From Candidatus Multivoradales bacterium (GTDB lineage Bacteria > Acidobacteriota > Thermoanaerobaculia > Multivoradales > JAHEKO01), in contig CBDCVR010000013.1 of NCBI GenBank assembly GCA_965223155.1, positions 1,024,001 through 1,088,000 of the forward strand: a stretch of 64,000 nt of DNA, read 5' to 3'. Under the pieces are notes generated by a model. The model saw nothing but the letters and a program-made list of their open reading frames with translations, was not told the origin of the DNA and searched no databases. Both the position numbers and the translations under genes were made by a program. Shown here piece after piece: positions 48,926 to 58,894 of this stretch (position 1 is its first letter; every line of letters starts with the position of its first letter).

Positions 48926-50320
48926 ATGACGACGCCAGGACTCGACCGATCCAGTCCCCCGAGCCCGGGAACGGCGCGCACCTTCTCGTTCCCACGGATC
49001 CTCGACCATCGGTTGACCTCGGGTGTTCGTGTCCTGGCGGTGCCCGCGCCCGAGGTGCCGATCGTGGACGTCCAGTTGCTGCTCCCGGCCGGCGGCGACC
49101 GCGCTCCAGCCGGATCGCCGGGCCTGCCAGCCCTGGCCGCGGGCCTCCTGGACGAGGGCACAACCGGCAAGGACTCGCAAGCGATCGCCGCGATCACCGA
49201 ACGGCTGGGCGGTTATCTGGGCAGCGGAGCGGATTGGGACGTCGCCTCGATCGAGGCCGAGGTCCTCGCCGAAGATTTCGAGGTCGCCCTCGGGCTCATC
49301 GCCGAGATCGGAACACGACCGGCCTTTGCCGAACGCGAGTTCGAGAGACTGCGCCGGCAATTCACCACCGAGATCCAACGCCAGCGGAGCCTTCCGGCGG
49401 TTCTGGCCTCGGAGGCGCTGATGGCGACCCTCTACCGAGGTACCGTCTACGCCGAGCCTCTACTCGGCTCGCCCGAGAGTCTGGCCGCTCTGGACCGCGA
49501 CGGAGTGCGCTCGTTCTATTCGCGCACCGCCTTACGGCGACCCCCCATCCTGGTGGTCTCCGGAGCGGTAGCTCCCGGCGAGGTCTTCGAGCTGGCCGAG
49601 CGTTTTTTCGCCGAGGGTCCCTGGGACTCGGCGGTGCCAGAGGACGGCCCCGAGCTTCCGATTCGCCCCCTCGACGGCCGCCAGGTCGTGGTGGTCGATC
49701 GGCCGGGGGCGCCACAGACGGAGATCCGCGTCGGACTCGTCGGCGTCCCGCGCAACCACCCTGACTACCCGGCGGTGGTCCTGGCCAGCACCCTCCTGGG
49801 CGGCAAGTTCACCAGCCGCCTGAACCTCAACCTGCGTGAGCGCCACGGCTTTACCTACGGGGTTCGGAGCCGTTGGACCAAACGGCGCGGCCCGGGGCCG
49901 TTCACAATCTCAACCGCGGTGGACAACGACAACGTCGGCGCCGCGGTGCGCGAGATCCTGGCCGAGGTGGAGCTGCTGGTTCGAGAGCCCCCGACCGAGG
50001 TCGAGCTCCGTGAGAGCCAAGACTATCTGATCGGCAGCTTCCCCTATTCGGTCGAAACGGTGCGCTCGATCGGCTCGCGCCTGCGCGAGCTGGCGGTGCA
50101 CGAGCTGCCGCTCGACACCTACGCCAACTGGGCCCAATCGCTCCGGAACCTGGAGCCCGATCGGATCCATCAAGTCGTGCGCGCCCTAATCGATCCCGAG
50201 CGGCTGTGCGTCGCCTGCGCGGGCCCGGCGGACCTCATCGCGGACTCGCTCGAGGGCGCGGCCGGCGCCGGCCCGCCACGGATCCTGGCAGCCGATACGC
50301 CCCCCGGCGACACCCCCTGA
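48926..50320 (+). CDS. M16 family peptidase (non-catalytic partner)
   Basis: LLDEGT, LGGKFTSRLNLNLRERHGFTYG; lacks HxxEH. Confidence 0.88.
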   Translation: MTTPGLDRSSPPSPGTARTFSFPRILDHRLTSGVRVLAVPAPEVPIVDVQLLLPAGGDRAPAGSPGLPALAAGLLDEGTTGKDSQAIAAITERLGGYLGSGADWDVASIEAEVLAEDFEVALGLIAEIGTRPAFAEREFERLRRQFTTEIQRQRSLPAVLASEALMATLYRGTVYAEPLLGSPESLAALDRDGVRSFYSRTALRRPPILVVSGAVAPGEVFELAERFFAEGPWDSAVPEDGPELPIRPLDGRQVVVVDRPGAPQTEIRVGLVGVPRNHPDYPAVVLASTLLGGKFTSRLNLNLRERHGFTYGVRSRWTKRRGPGPFTISTAVDNDNVGAAVREILAEVELLVREPPTEVELRESQDYLIGSFPYSVETVRSIGSRLRELAVHELPLDTYANWAQSLRNLEPDRIHQVVRALIDPERLCVACAGPADLIADSLEGAAGAGPPRILAADTPPGDTP

Positions 50321-50531
50321 CGGCGGGCCGGCGCGCGCGCGGCTATGGTACGCTCGCTGTCCCTGGTTTCCTGCGAAACCCGGGACAAGCAATCTCAGCT
50401 GGCGGCCGGTTTCGGGCGGCCCGTACCGCGAGGTCGACCCGTCATCCCGGCTGTTTTTTGCGCTGATGACGCCGAGAGTCGGCCGCACCTGCCGCCTCGG
50501 CTCGACTCTCAACGGTTGGAGGATGGATTCG

Positions 50532-52610
50532 ATGCAGGTTGAAGGCCCAGCCCAGATCCGGAACCTGGCGATCGCCGGCCATAGCGATACTGGCAAGACC
50601 ACACTGGTGAGCTCGCTGCTGTACGCGGGCGGCGTCTCGACCCGGCTCAACACGGTCGAGGACGGCAATACCGTCACCGATTTCGACTCGCAGGAAATCC
50701 AGCGCAAGATCTCGATCGGCCTGGCCCCCTGCTTCGTGCCGTGGAAGAAACACAAGGTCAACCTCATCGACGCGCCCGGCTACGCCATCTTCTTCCCGGA
50801 GACTCAGGCGGCGATTCGCGCGGCCGACGCCGTCGTGCTGTGCGTCAGCGCGGCCTCGGGCATCGAGGTCATCACCGAGAGAGTCTGGGAGTTCGCCCAG
50901 GAGCTGGAGATCCCCGTAATGTTCCATCTGACCAAGATGGACCGCGAACGCGCCGACCTGGAGGCGCTACTCGAGGCGCTGCGCGAGCGCTTTCATCGCA
51001 ACGTCGTTCCAGTCCAGCTCCCCATCGGCCGCGAGGAGTCGTTCCTCGGGCTGGTAGATCTGGTGGCCGAGAAGGCCTATGAATACAAGTCCGACGGCCG
51101 GGGCCGGGGCAAGGAGATCGACATCCCCAAAGACCTCTCGGACTACGTGGAGCCGTTCCGAACGGCTCTCGTCGAGGCCGTGGCCGAAAGTGACGACGCC
51201 CTGCTCGAGAAGTTCTTCGAGGACGGTCTCTCGGGTGAGGAGCTGACCCAGGGCCTGCGCCGCGCGGTCGTGGGCCGTGACGTCTTCCCGCTGACCATGA
51301 GCTCGGCGCTCCACGGTATCGGCCCGTCGGCTCTTCTCGATGACGTCCTGGGCGTCATGCCGACCCCGCTCGACCGCAAGACCTTTCCCGCCACCAACGT
51401 GGGCGACGAGCCCGTCGAAGTCGAGACCAGCGCCGAGGGAGACGCCGCTGCCCTGGTTTTCAAGACCCTGAGCGATCCCTTTACCGGCAAGATCTCGATC
51501 TTCCGGGTCGTGCGCGGGACGGTCACTCCGGACCTACCCCTCTGGAATACCCAGCACGAGGCCGACGAGAAGCTGGCGCACTTGATGGTCCTCCAGGGCA
51601 AGCAAGGGAGCGAGGTCCCGCGCCTGGTGACCGGGGACATCGGCGGCGTGGCCAAGCTCAAACACACTCAGACCGGAGACACCTTGTGCCTCAAGGACCG
51701 TCCCATCAAGCTGGGGTGGATCGAGGGCGCGCAAGCGGCGATCGCCTTCGCCATCGAGCCCAAGTCCAAGGGCGACGAGGACAAGATCAGCGATGCCCTT
51801 CTGCGGCTCACCGAAGAGGATCCCACCCTGCACTCGCACCGCGACGCCGAGACCGGCGAGTATCTGCTATCCGGCACCGGCCAGCTCCACGTCGAGATCG
51901 CGGTCCAGAAGCTCAAGGACCGGTTCAAGGTCGAGGTCATCCTGCACCCGCCCAAGGTGCCCTACCGCGAGACGGTTCGCAAGACGGCGCGCGGTCACGG
52001 CCGGCACAAGAAGCAGAGCGGCGGCCGCGGCCAGTTCGCCGATTGCCGAATCACCATGGAGCCCCTCGAGCGTGGCGGCGAGTTCGAGTTCGTGGACGAG
52101 ATCTTCGGCGGCTCCATCCCTCAGGGCTACCGCCCCGCGGTGGAAAAGGGCATCCGCGAAGCCTCGGCACGCGGCTTCCTAGCCGGCTACCCGGTGGTCG
52201 ATTTCCGCATCCGTCTGCAGGACGGCCAGTATCACGACGTCGACTCCTCCGAGATGGCCTTCAAGATCGCCGGCTCGCTTGCGTTCAAGGACGCCATGGA
52301 CCAAGCCGGAGCGTTCATGCTCGAACCGGTCATGCAGGTCGAGATCCATACCAGTGAAGAGTTCATGGGCGACGTCATGGGCGATCTCTCGCAGCGGCGT
52401 GGCCGCCCCCAGGGCATGGATTCCAAGGACGGAGTCCAGGTCGTTAAGGCCCTCGTGCCGATGGCCGAGATGCTCAACTACGCGCCCGCCCTCGAAGCCA
52501 TGACCCAGGGACGGTCCAGCTTCACGATGGCGTTCTCGCACTACGATGAGGTGCCGAGAAACGTCCAGGAAAAGCTGGTCGCCGAAGCCGCGAAGGCCAA
52601 GGAAGCCTAG
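50532..52610 (+). CDS. Elongation factor G paralog (EF-G2-like)
   Basis: IRNLAIAGHSDTGKT, DAPG, TKMD, KKQSGGRGQF, YHDVDSSEMAF; SD GGAGG at 50518. Confidence 0.9.
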   Translation: MQVEGPAQIRNLAIAGHSDTGKTTLVSSLLYAGGVSTRLNTVEDGNTVTDFDSQEIQRKISIGLAPCFVPWKKHKVNLIDAPGYAIFFPETQAAIRAADAVVLCVSAASGIEVITERVWEFAQELEIPVMFHLTKMDRERADLEALLEALRERFHRNVVPVQLPIGREESFLGLVDLVAEKAYEYKSDGRGRGKEIDIPKDLSDYVEPFRTALVEAVAESDDALLEKFFEDGLSGEELTQGLRRAVVGRDVFPLTMSSALHGIGPSALLDDVLGVMPTPLDRKTFPATNVGDEPVEVETSAEGDAAALVFKTLSDPFTGKISIFRVVRGTVTPDLPLWNTQHEADEKLAHLMVLQGKQGSEVPRLVTGDIGGVAKLKHTQTGDTLCLKDRPIKLGWIEGAQAAIAFAIEPKSKGDEDKISDALLRLTEEDPTLHSHRDAETGEYLLSGTGQLHVEIAVQKLKDRFKVEVILHPPKVPYRETVRKTARGHGRHKKQSGGRGQFADCRITMEPLERGGEFEFVDEIFGGSIPQGYRPAVEKGIREASARGFLAGYPVVDFRIRLQDGQYHDVDSSEMAFKIAGSLAFKDAMDQAGAFMLEPVMQVEIHTSEEFMGDVMGDLSQRRGRPQGMDSKDGVQVVKALVPMAEMLNYAPALEAMTQGRSSFTMAFSHYDEVPRNVQEKLVAEAAKAKEA

Positions 52611-52656
52611 CGGCCACCGGTCTTGACCTCGACCACCGACTGCTAGGGAGTCCCTC

Positions 52657-53358
52657 CTGCCCGACCAGATCGTCCAGGGTCTCGTCTACTACGTCGTCTT
52701 CGTCTTCGCGGCCACCTTCCACGAGGCCGCACACGCCTGGGCCGCCAAGCTGGGCGGCGACCTGACCGCCTACCACGGCGGACAGGTCTCCCTGGATCCT
52801 CTGCCCCACATCCGGCGGGAGCCCTTCGGCATGGTCGTGCTGCCGCTCTTGACCGTCTTTCTGACCGGCTGGCCCTTCGGCTACGCCAGCGCCCCCTACA
52901 ATCCAGCCTGGGCCCGGCGGCACCCACAACGGGCCGCCCTGATGTCGCTGGCGGGACCGGGGGCCAACCTGCTGCTGATCCTGGGTGCCGCGCTGGCGAT
53001 CCGGATCGGCATGGGCCTCGGCAGCCTGAAGACACCCGCTCAGGTGTCGTTTGCCCAGGTTGCGGCGCCGGCCGCGGGCGGATGGCCCGAAGCCGTCACC
53101 CTGGTGCTGAGCGTCGTCTTCTCGCTCAATCTGGTGCTGATGCTCCTGAACCTCATTCCGGTGCCGCCTCTCGACGGCTACGGCGCGTTACCGCTCATCC
53201 TCCCGGCCGGTCTGCGAAATGCGTACGAATCCCTCCAGCGCCAGCCCATGATCGGATGGATCGGCATCCTGGTGGCCTGGCGTCTCTTCGACGCGCTCTA
53301 CCACCCGGTGTTTCTGTTCGCGGTGAACCTTCTCTACCCCGAAGCGCGCTACGGGTAG
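52657..53358 (+). CDS. Site-2 protease (M50 family)
   Basis: HEAAH, LAGPGAN, NLIPVPPLDG. The only plausible start upstream of HExxH is CTG. Confidence 0.88.
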   Translation: MPDQIVQGLVYYVVFVFAATFHEAAHAWAAKLGGDLTAYHGGQVSLDPLPHIRREPFGMVVLPLLTVFLTGWPFGYASAPYNPAWARRHPQRAALMSLAGPGANLLLILGAALAIRIGMGLGSLKTPAQVSFAQVAAPAAGGWPEAVTLVLSVVFSLNLVLMLLNLIPVPPLDGYGALPLILPAGLRNAYESLQRQPMIGWIGILVAWRLFDALYHPVFLFAVNLLYPEARYG

Positions 53359-53397
53359 GTAGTCCCGCCCGGCATCCTGGCGGGCATGCGACCTCCT

Positions 53398-53453
53398 CAC
53401 GGGTCGGTCCTCATGGGTCGGTCCCCATGGATCTTTCTCCACGGGTCTCGACG
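53398..53453. repeat. Degenerate 14-bp tandem repeat x4 (CAYGGRTC core)
   Basis: cacgggtcggtcct / catgggtcggtccc / catggatctttctc / cacgggtctcgacg. Confidence 0.55.
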
Positions 53454-53471
53454 CCACCGAGGCTGCCTAGC

Positions 53472-54250
53472 CCGAGCACCAGGCGTTGCGCCGGCCGGCG
53501 CCCCACCGGGGCTCGCGGCAAGCGCACAGAGCAAGCTAGGCAGTCCGAGACGGTACGTCGCGCAGCCGCGCGTAGGGCCGCGCCGAACGCTTCGAAGGCC
53601 CAATCGCGCAGCCCGTCCCCTGGGGTGCCAGCAGGCGCACGCCTGGCGAGACCGAGTACCTTGCCAAGGCCGAGTAAGCACCAAGGCGTTGCACCAGTGG
53701 GCCCTACGGGGGCTCGCGGCAAGCGCACAGAGCAAGCTAGGCAGTCCGAGACGGTATGTCGCGCAGCCGCGTGCAGGGCCGCGCCGAACGCTTCGAAGGC
53801 CCAATCGCGCGGCCCGTCCCCTGGGGCGCCAGCAGGCGCACGCCTGGCGGAGACCGAGTACCTTGCCCAGCCCGCGCGAGCACCGAAGCGTTCCGCCAGT
53901 GGCGCCCCACGGGGGCTCGCGGCAAGCGCAGAGAGCAAGCTGGGCAGTCCGAGACGGCGCGGCGCGCAGCCGCGTGCAGGGCCGCGCCGAACCCTTCGAA
54001 GGCCCAATCGCGCGGCCCGTCCCCTGGGATGCTACCGGCGCACCCCTGCGACGCCGAGTACCTTGCCAAGGCCGAGTATGCACCAAGGCGTCGCGCCGGC
54101 TGGCGCCCCACGGGGGCTCGCGGCAAGCGCACAGAGCAAGCTAGGCAGTCCGAGACGGCGCGGCGCACAGCCGCGTGCAGGGCCGCGCCGAACGCTTCGA
54201 ACGCCCAATCGCGCGGCCCGTCCCCTGGGGCGCCAGCAGGCGCACGCCCA
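53472..54250 (+). repeat. Tandem array of four ~202-bp structured units
   Basis: Anchor GCTCGCGGCAAGCGC at 53511, 53712, 53915 and 54116 (periods 201, 203, 201). Each core is bounded by GGCGCCCCA/TGGGGCGCC-type inverted ends. Confidence 0.95.
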
Positions 54251-54310
54251 GCGAGGGAAAATCAGTCCGTCAAGAACAAGCCGACAAGGCGGCCGATCTT
54301 CGCAGGCTCT

Positions 54311-54673
54311 CTAGTCTTCGCGCTCGACCCACTCGAGGAGCGCCATCTCGGCGCCGTCGCCCTTGCGCGGGCCCAGCTTGACGATTCGCGTGTAGCCACC
54401 TTGCCGGTCGGAGAATCGCGGCGCGATCTCGTCGAAGAGCTTCTTCACCCGGCTTCGATCCGCAAGCCATCGCCGCACCTGACGGCGGGCGTGGATTGAG
54501 TCCTTCTTGCCGTGGGTGACCATCTTCTCGGCGATCGGCCGCAGCTCCTTGGCCTTGGCGAGAGTCGTGGTGATCCGCTCGTGATCCACCAGGGACGCCA
54601 GCTGGTTGCGAAACATCGCGATCCGGTGCGAGCTGGTGCGGCCTAGCTTGCGGCCGTGTACGTTGTGTCTCAT
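54311..54673 (-). CDS. rplQ: 50S ribosomal protein L17
   Basis: [20 protein letters not shown]. Confidence 0.97.
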   Translation of the reverse strand: MRHNVHGRKLGRTSSHRIAMFRNQLASLVDHERITTTLAKAKELRPIAEKMVTHGKKDSIHARRQVRRWLADRSRVKKLFDEIAPRFSDRQGGYTRIVKLGPRKGDGAEMALLEWVERED

Positions 54674-54709
54674 CTGCGGTCTCCTTGGGGCAACGGCGCG
54701 GCGGCGGCC

Positions 54710-55687
54710 CTAAGCCGAGGCCGCGCCGTTCTCGAGATCCATGTCGAAGGCTAGGCCGTAGCTGGCCATGAGCTCCTGGACCTCATCCAGCGACTTCTTG
54801 CCGAAGTTCTTGGTCTCCATCATCTCGCGCTCAGATTTCATCACCAGGTCGCGGAGCGTCATGATGTTGGCGTTCTTGAGGCAGTTGGTCGAGCGCACCG
54901 AAAGATCCAGCTCGTCGATGCGCTTCGAGAGGATCGCGTCCAGAGCGCTGTCGGCGGTCCGCTCGGCGGGCTCTTCCTCGACCACCAGGCTGTCCTCGGA
55001 GTCGATGAAGATCGTCAGGTGCCTTGAGAGGAGATCGGCGGCCTGCGAGATCGCGTCCTCGGGCGCCAATGTGCCGTTGGTCCAAACGTTCAGCTGCAGC
55101 TTCTCGTAGTCGGTGGCCCGCCCCACGCGTGCCGGCTCGGTTCGGTAGTTGACCCGGCGCACCGGACTGTGAATCGAATCGACCGGAATCCAGCCGATGC
55201 CCAAGGCCTCGTCGAAGTTCTGCTCCGCGGAAACGTAGCCACGACCGCTCCGGACCTGGGCCTCGAGCTTGAGCGAGCCGTTCTCGTTGAGGGTCGCGAT
55301 CACCGCCTCGGGATTGCAAATCTCGACGTTGGGGTCGGTATTGAAGAGATCGGCCGTCACCTCGCCGGGGCCAACCGCGTCGAGCGTGATGACCCGAGGC
55401 TCGTCGCCGTGCAGGCGAAACGGGATCTCTTTCAGGTTGAGGATGATGTCGGTGACGTCTTCGACCACGCCGGCAATGGCGGCGAACTCATGCAGAACGC
55501 CCTCGATCCGAATCGCCGTCACCGCGGCGCCTTCGATCGAAGACAGCAGGCAGCGGCGCAGAGCGTTGCCGACCGTCACCGCGAAGCCCCGTTCGAAGGG
55601 CTGCGCCGAGAACTGTCCGTAGGTCGGGGTCAGAGTGTCGTGCTCGGCCTCGAGTCGCTTCGGCCGTTGAAATCCAAGTAGTTCCAT
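54710..55687 (-). CDS. rpoA: RNA polymerase alpha subunit
   Basis: PFERGF..TVGNALRR, LSVRSTNCL, NFGKKSL. Confidence 0.97.
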   Translation of the reverse strand: MELLGFQRPKRLEAEHDTLTPTYGQFSAQPFERGFAVTVGNALRRCLLSSIEGAAVTAIRIEGVLHEFAAIAGVVEDVTDIILNLKEIPFRLHGDEPRVITLDAVGPGEVTADLFNTDPNVEICNPEAVIATLNENGSLKLEAQVRSGRGYVSAEQNFDEALGIGWIPVDSIHSPVRRVNYRTEPARVGRATDYEKLQLNVWTNGTLAPEDAISQAADLLSRHLTIFIDSEDSLVVEEEPAERTADSALDAILSKRIDELDLSVRSTNCLKNANIMTLRDLVMKSEREMMETKNFGKKSLDEVQELMASYGLAFDMDLENGAASA

Positions 55688-55738
55688 ATTCCGCTCCTTG
55701 TGGTGCTCGACCCGGTCGGGGACCGGGGATAGAGAGTC

Positions 55739-56368
55739 TTATCGGCTATACAGCTCGACGATCAACTGCTCTTCGATGGGCAGCTTGATCTCGTCCCGCG
55801 TCGGCAAGGCGGCGACCTTGCCGGCAAACTGATCGGGATCCATCTCCAGCCAGGTCGGAATCCCGCGTCCGCGCGCGGTCTCGACGCTGGCTCGAATGAA
55901 GTCGTTCTTCCGGCTGCCCTCGCGAATCGCGATGGCGTCGTCCACCTTCACCTGGAAGGACGGGATCGTATTCTTGCGGCCGTTGACCTCGACGTGGCCA
56001 TGCCGGACCAGTTGCCGCGCCTGCGCCCGCGAAGAGGCAAAACCCAGGCTGTAGACGACATTGTCCAGCCGGCGCTCCAGGATCTGGAGCAGGTTCTCAC
56101 CGGTGATGCCCTTACGGCGCTCAGCCTCGGCGAAGTAGCCGCGAAACTGCTTTTCGAGCACGCCGTAGATGCGCTTCACCTTCTGTTTCTCGCGCAACTG
56201 AATGCCGTAGCCCATGGCTCGCCGGCCACGACGCTGGCCGTGCTGCCCCGGCGGGTAGCCGCGGCGCTCGATCGCGCATTTTTCCTTGAAGCAGCGGTCG
56301 CCCTTCAAGAAGAGCTTCATCCGCTCACGCCGGCAAAGCCGGCAAACTGGTCCCGAATATCGTGCCAC
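55739..56368 (-). CDS. rpsD: 30S ribosomal protein S4
   Basis: [32 protein letters not shown]. Confidence 0.97.
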   Translation of the reverse strand: MARYSGPVCRLCRRERMKLFLKGDRCFKEKCAIERRGYPPGQHGQRRGRRAMGYGIQLREKQKVKRIYGVLEKQFRGYFAEAERRKGITGENLLQILERRLDNVVYSLGFASSRAQARQLVRHGHVEVNGRKNTIPSFQVKVDDAIAIREGSRKNDFIRASVETARGRGIPTWLEMDPDQFAGKVAALPTRDEIKLPIEEQLIVELYSR

Positions 56369-56402
56369 TGGATGTCTCCTTCAGTCCTTCAGGCCAACCG
56401 CG

Positions 56403-56801
56403 TCAAACCCGCCGCCGCTTGGGAGGCCGGCAGCCGTTGTGAGGGATCGGGGTCACGTCGCGAATGGACTTCACGGTCAGCCCGGCCGCGGACAGCGCCC
56501 GGATAGCCGATTCCCGGCCGGCGCCCGGACCGTTGACCTCGACATCGACGGTGCGCAGCCCGAAGTCGCGCGCCTGCTCGCCGGCATTCTTGCCCGCCAC
56601 CTGGGCCGCGAACGGGGTGCCCTTGCGGGAGCCCTTGAAGCCGATGCGCCCGGCCGAAGACCAGGTCAGCACGTTTCCGTCCGGATCCGAGATCGTCACG
56701 ATGGTGTTGTTGAAGGTCGCCTGGATATGGACGACGCCATGCGGCACGACGCGCTTCTCCTTGCGCCTGCGCTCCTTGCCGCCTGATTTGCCTTTCGCCA
56801 T
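56403..56801 (-). CDS. rpsK: 30S ribosomal protein S11
   Basis: [24 protein letters not shown]. Confidence 0.97.
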   Translation of the reverse strand: MAKGKSGGKERRRKEKRVVPHGVVHIQATFNNTIVTISDPDGNVLTWSSAGRIGFKGSRKGTPFAAQVAGKNAGEQARDFGLRTVDVEVNGPGAGRESAIRALSAAGLTVKSIRDVTPIPHNGCRPPKRRRV

Positions 56802-56817
56802 TGCCTTTGCTCCCTAC

Positions 56818-57198
56818 CTACTTCTTGACTTTCTTCTTGCCTGCAACCGCCGCGCGCCGGGGTCCCTTGCGGGTGCGAGCGTTGGTGCTGGTGCGTTGGC
56901 CGCGGGTCGGCAGGCCGCGGCGGTGCCGCATGCCCCGGTACGAGCCGATCTCGATCAGGCGCTTGATGTTCTGGGTAACTTCCTTGCGGAGATCGCCCTC
57001 GACCCGGCCTTCGTCCTGAACGATCTCGCGGATCTTGCGCGCGTCGTCCTCGGTCAGGTCCTTGACCTTGACGGTCTCGTCGACGCCGGCCTGAGCCAGA
57101 ATCTCCTTCGACCGCGTGCGGCCGATGCCGTGTACGTACGTCAGGCCGACCCAGACTTGCTTCGCCGGCGGCAGATCGATTCCTGCAATTCTCGCCAT
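56818..57198 (-). CDS. rpsM: 30S ribosomal protein S13
   Basis: [24 protein letters not shown]. Confidence 0.97.
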   Translation of the reverse strand: MARIAGIDLPPAKQVWVGLTYVHGIGRTRSKEILAQAGVDETVKVKDLTEDDARKIREIVQDEGRVEGDLRKEVTQNIKRLIEIGSYRGMRHRRGLPTRGQRTSTNARTRKGPRRAAVAGKKKVKK

Positions 57199-57204
57199 GG
57201 TCCC

Positions 57205-57318
57205 TTACCCCTGCCTCTGCTTGTGCTTTGGGTTCTCGCAGATCACCCGCACGACGCCTCGCCGGCGGACGATCTTGCACTTCGAACACATCTTCTTTAC
57301 CGAAGCTCGTACCTTCAT
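57205..57318 (-). CDS. rpmJ: 50S ribosomal protein L36
   Basis: [14 protein letters not shown]...HKQRQG. Confidence 0.96.
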   Translation of the reverse strand: MKVRASVKKMCSKCKIVRRRGVVRVICENPKHKQRQG

Positions 57319-57334
57319 CTCACGTTCCTCGCCG

Positions 57335-57553
57335 CTAGCGGAGTCGATAGGTGATGCGGCCCCGATCCAGATCGTACGGGGACAGCTCCACACGCACCCG
57401 GTCTCCCGGCAGGATCCGGATGAAGTGCTTGCGCATCTTTCCGGAGACGTGAGCCAGGACCTTGTGCCCGTTCTCGAGCTCGACCCGGAACATCGCGTTC
57501 GGGAGCGGCTCGACGACCGTCGCTTCAACTTCTATCGCTTCTTCTTTTGCCAA
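57335..57553 (-). CDS. infA: Translation initiation factor IF-1
   Basis: [24 protein letters not shown]; TTG start. Confidence 0.97.
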   Translation of the reverse strand: MAKEEAIEVEATVVEPLPNAMFRVELENGHKVLAHVSGKMRKHFIRILPGDRVRVELSPYDLDRGRITYRLR

Positions 57554-57572
57554 GACTTCTACCTCGCGGCGC

Positions 57573-58328
57573 TCAGGCCGCCTCTGCCAAGGTGCCCAAA
57601 ATCCGGGCTCCTCTCTCGGTGATCGCCACCGAGTATTCGAAATGTGCGGACAGCGAACCGTCCTTGGTGCGGGCCGTCCAGCCGTCGGCGTCTACCTTGA
57701 CCTCCGGACCGCCGACGTTGACCATCGGCTCGATCGCCAGGACCAGTCCAGGCTTGAGCCGGGGCCCGCGGCCCGGCGCTCCGAAGTTCGGCACTTGCGG
57801 CTCCTCGTGGAGCGCGGTGCCGATGCCGTGGCCGACGAATTCCTTGACCACGGAGAAGCCGGCCTCGCGCACCTTGGTCTCGACCGCCGAACCGATGTCC
57901 GACAGGTGTCCGCCCGGCGTGATCGCGGCGACCGCTGCGGCCAACGAGTCCCGCGTGGTCCGCAAGAGCCGGCCGGCCTCGGCGTTCACCGCTCCCACCT
58001 CGAAGGTGCGCGCGGCATCGCCATAGTAGCCCTTGTACAGGACACCGCAATCGATGCCCACGATGTCTCCGTCGGCCAGCGGCGTGTCGTTGGGGATGCC
58101 GTGCACAATGACGTCGTTGACCGACGTGCACAGGGTCGCCGGGTAACCTCGGTAGTTCAGGAAGGCCGGTACGCCACCCTCCGAGCGAATGTGCGCCTCG
58201 GCCAGCCCGTCCAGATGCCGAGTCGTCACTCCGGGAGCCACCTCGGCCGCCATCATGTCGAGCACCTGATGCACGATCCGGTTGGCCCGGTCCATGAGCT
58301 CGATCTCGCCTGCCGTCTTGTACACCAT
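57573..58328 (-). CDS. map: Methionine aminopeptidase type I
   Basis: CTSVN..HGIP, GHGIG..HEEP, AIEPM, SAHFE. Confidence 0.96.
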   Translation of the reverse strand: MVYKTAGEIELMDRANRIVHQVLDMMAAEVAPGVTTRHLDGLAEAHIRSEGGVPAFLNYRGYPATLCTSVNDVIVHGIPNDTPLADGDIVGIDCGVLYKGYYGDAARTFEVGAVNAEAGRLLRTTRDSLAAAVAAITPGGHLSDIGSAVETKVREAGFSVVKEFVGHGIGTALHEEPQVPNFGAPGRGPRLKPGLVLAIEPMVNVGGPEVKVDADGWTARTKDGSLSAHFEYSVAITERGARILGTLAEAA

Positions 58329-58894
58329 CAGGCTCCTACCTCGAGCTCGGACAGAATGGACTCGGTTACCGCCTCGACCGGACGGTCGCCGTCCACCGAG
58401 CGCAGCAGTCCGGCAGCGCGGTAGCGTTCGACCAGCGGGCCGGTCTGCTCGCGGTACACCTCGAGCCGGCGCTCGATCACTTCGGCCCGGTCGTCCTCGC
58501 GCTGCCGCGCCAGCGCGCGCCGCACGAGTTCCTGCTCGGGCACGTCGATGAACCAGACCACGTCGAGCCCCGCGCCGATCTCCGAGAGCAGACGGTCCAA
58601 GGTGTCGGCCTGCGACGCATTGCGCGGATAGCCGTCCAACAGAAACCCGTCAGCGGCGTCCTCTTCCAGCAGCCGAGTCTTGACCACTTCGGCCATGGTC
58701 GCATCGTCGACGAAGGCCCCCGAGTTCAGGATCTCTTCGACGCGCTGCCCCAGCTCGGTGCCGGCCGACACCGCCGCGCGCAGCATCTCGCCGGTCGAGA
58801 TCGCCGGGACCTCGAGCCGGGAGGCCAGGCGCTCGGCCTGGGTTCCCTTCCCGGAACCTGGCGCGCCCAGAAGAATGGCCCGGATCCTAGCCAC
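58328..58894 (-). CDS. adk: Adenylate kinase (short LID form)
   Basis: GAPGSGKGTQA, STGEMLR, LDGYPR. Confidence 0.95.
   Translation of the reverse strand: MARIRAILLGAPGSGKGTQAERLASRLEVPAISTGEMLRAAVSAGTELGQRVEEILNSGAFVDDATMAEVVKTRLLEEDAADGFLLDGYPRNASQADTLDRLLSEIGAGLDVVWFIDVPEQELVRRALARQREDDRAEVIERRLEVYREQTGPLVERYRAAGLLRSVDGDRPVEAVTESILSELEVGA

Noticed and set aside
53472-54250. CRISPR array interpretation
   Set aside because: Units are ~202 bp with homologous linkers rather than unique spacers, and there are no cas genes in the window.
53386-54499. Several 140-410 aa ORFs on both strands across the repeat array
   Set aside because: They are Arg/Ala/Pro-rich translations of GC-rich repeats. 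The unit lengths (201/203) do not preserve frame, and there is no codon bias.
58328-58894. Short adenylate kinase lacking the LID insert
   Set aside because: A well-known short variant, not a truncation.
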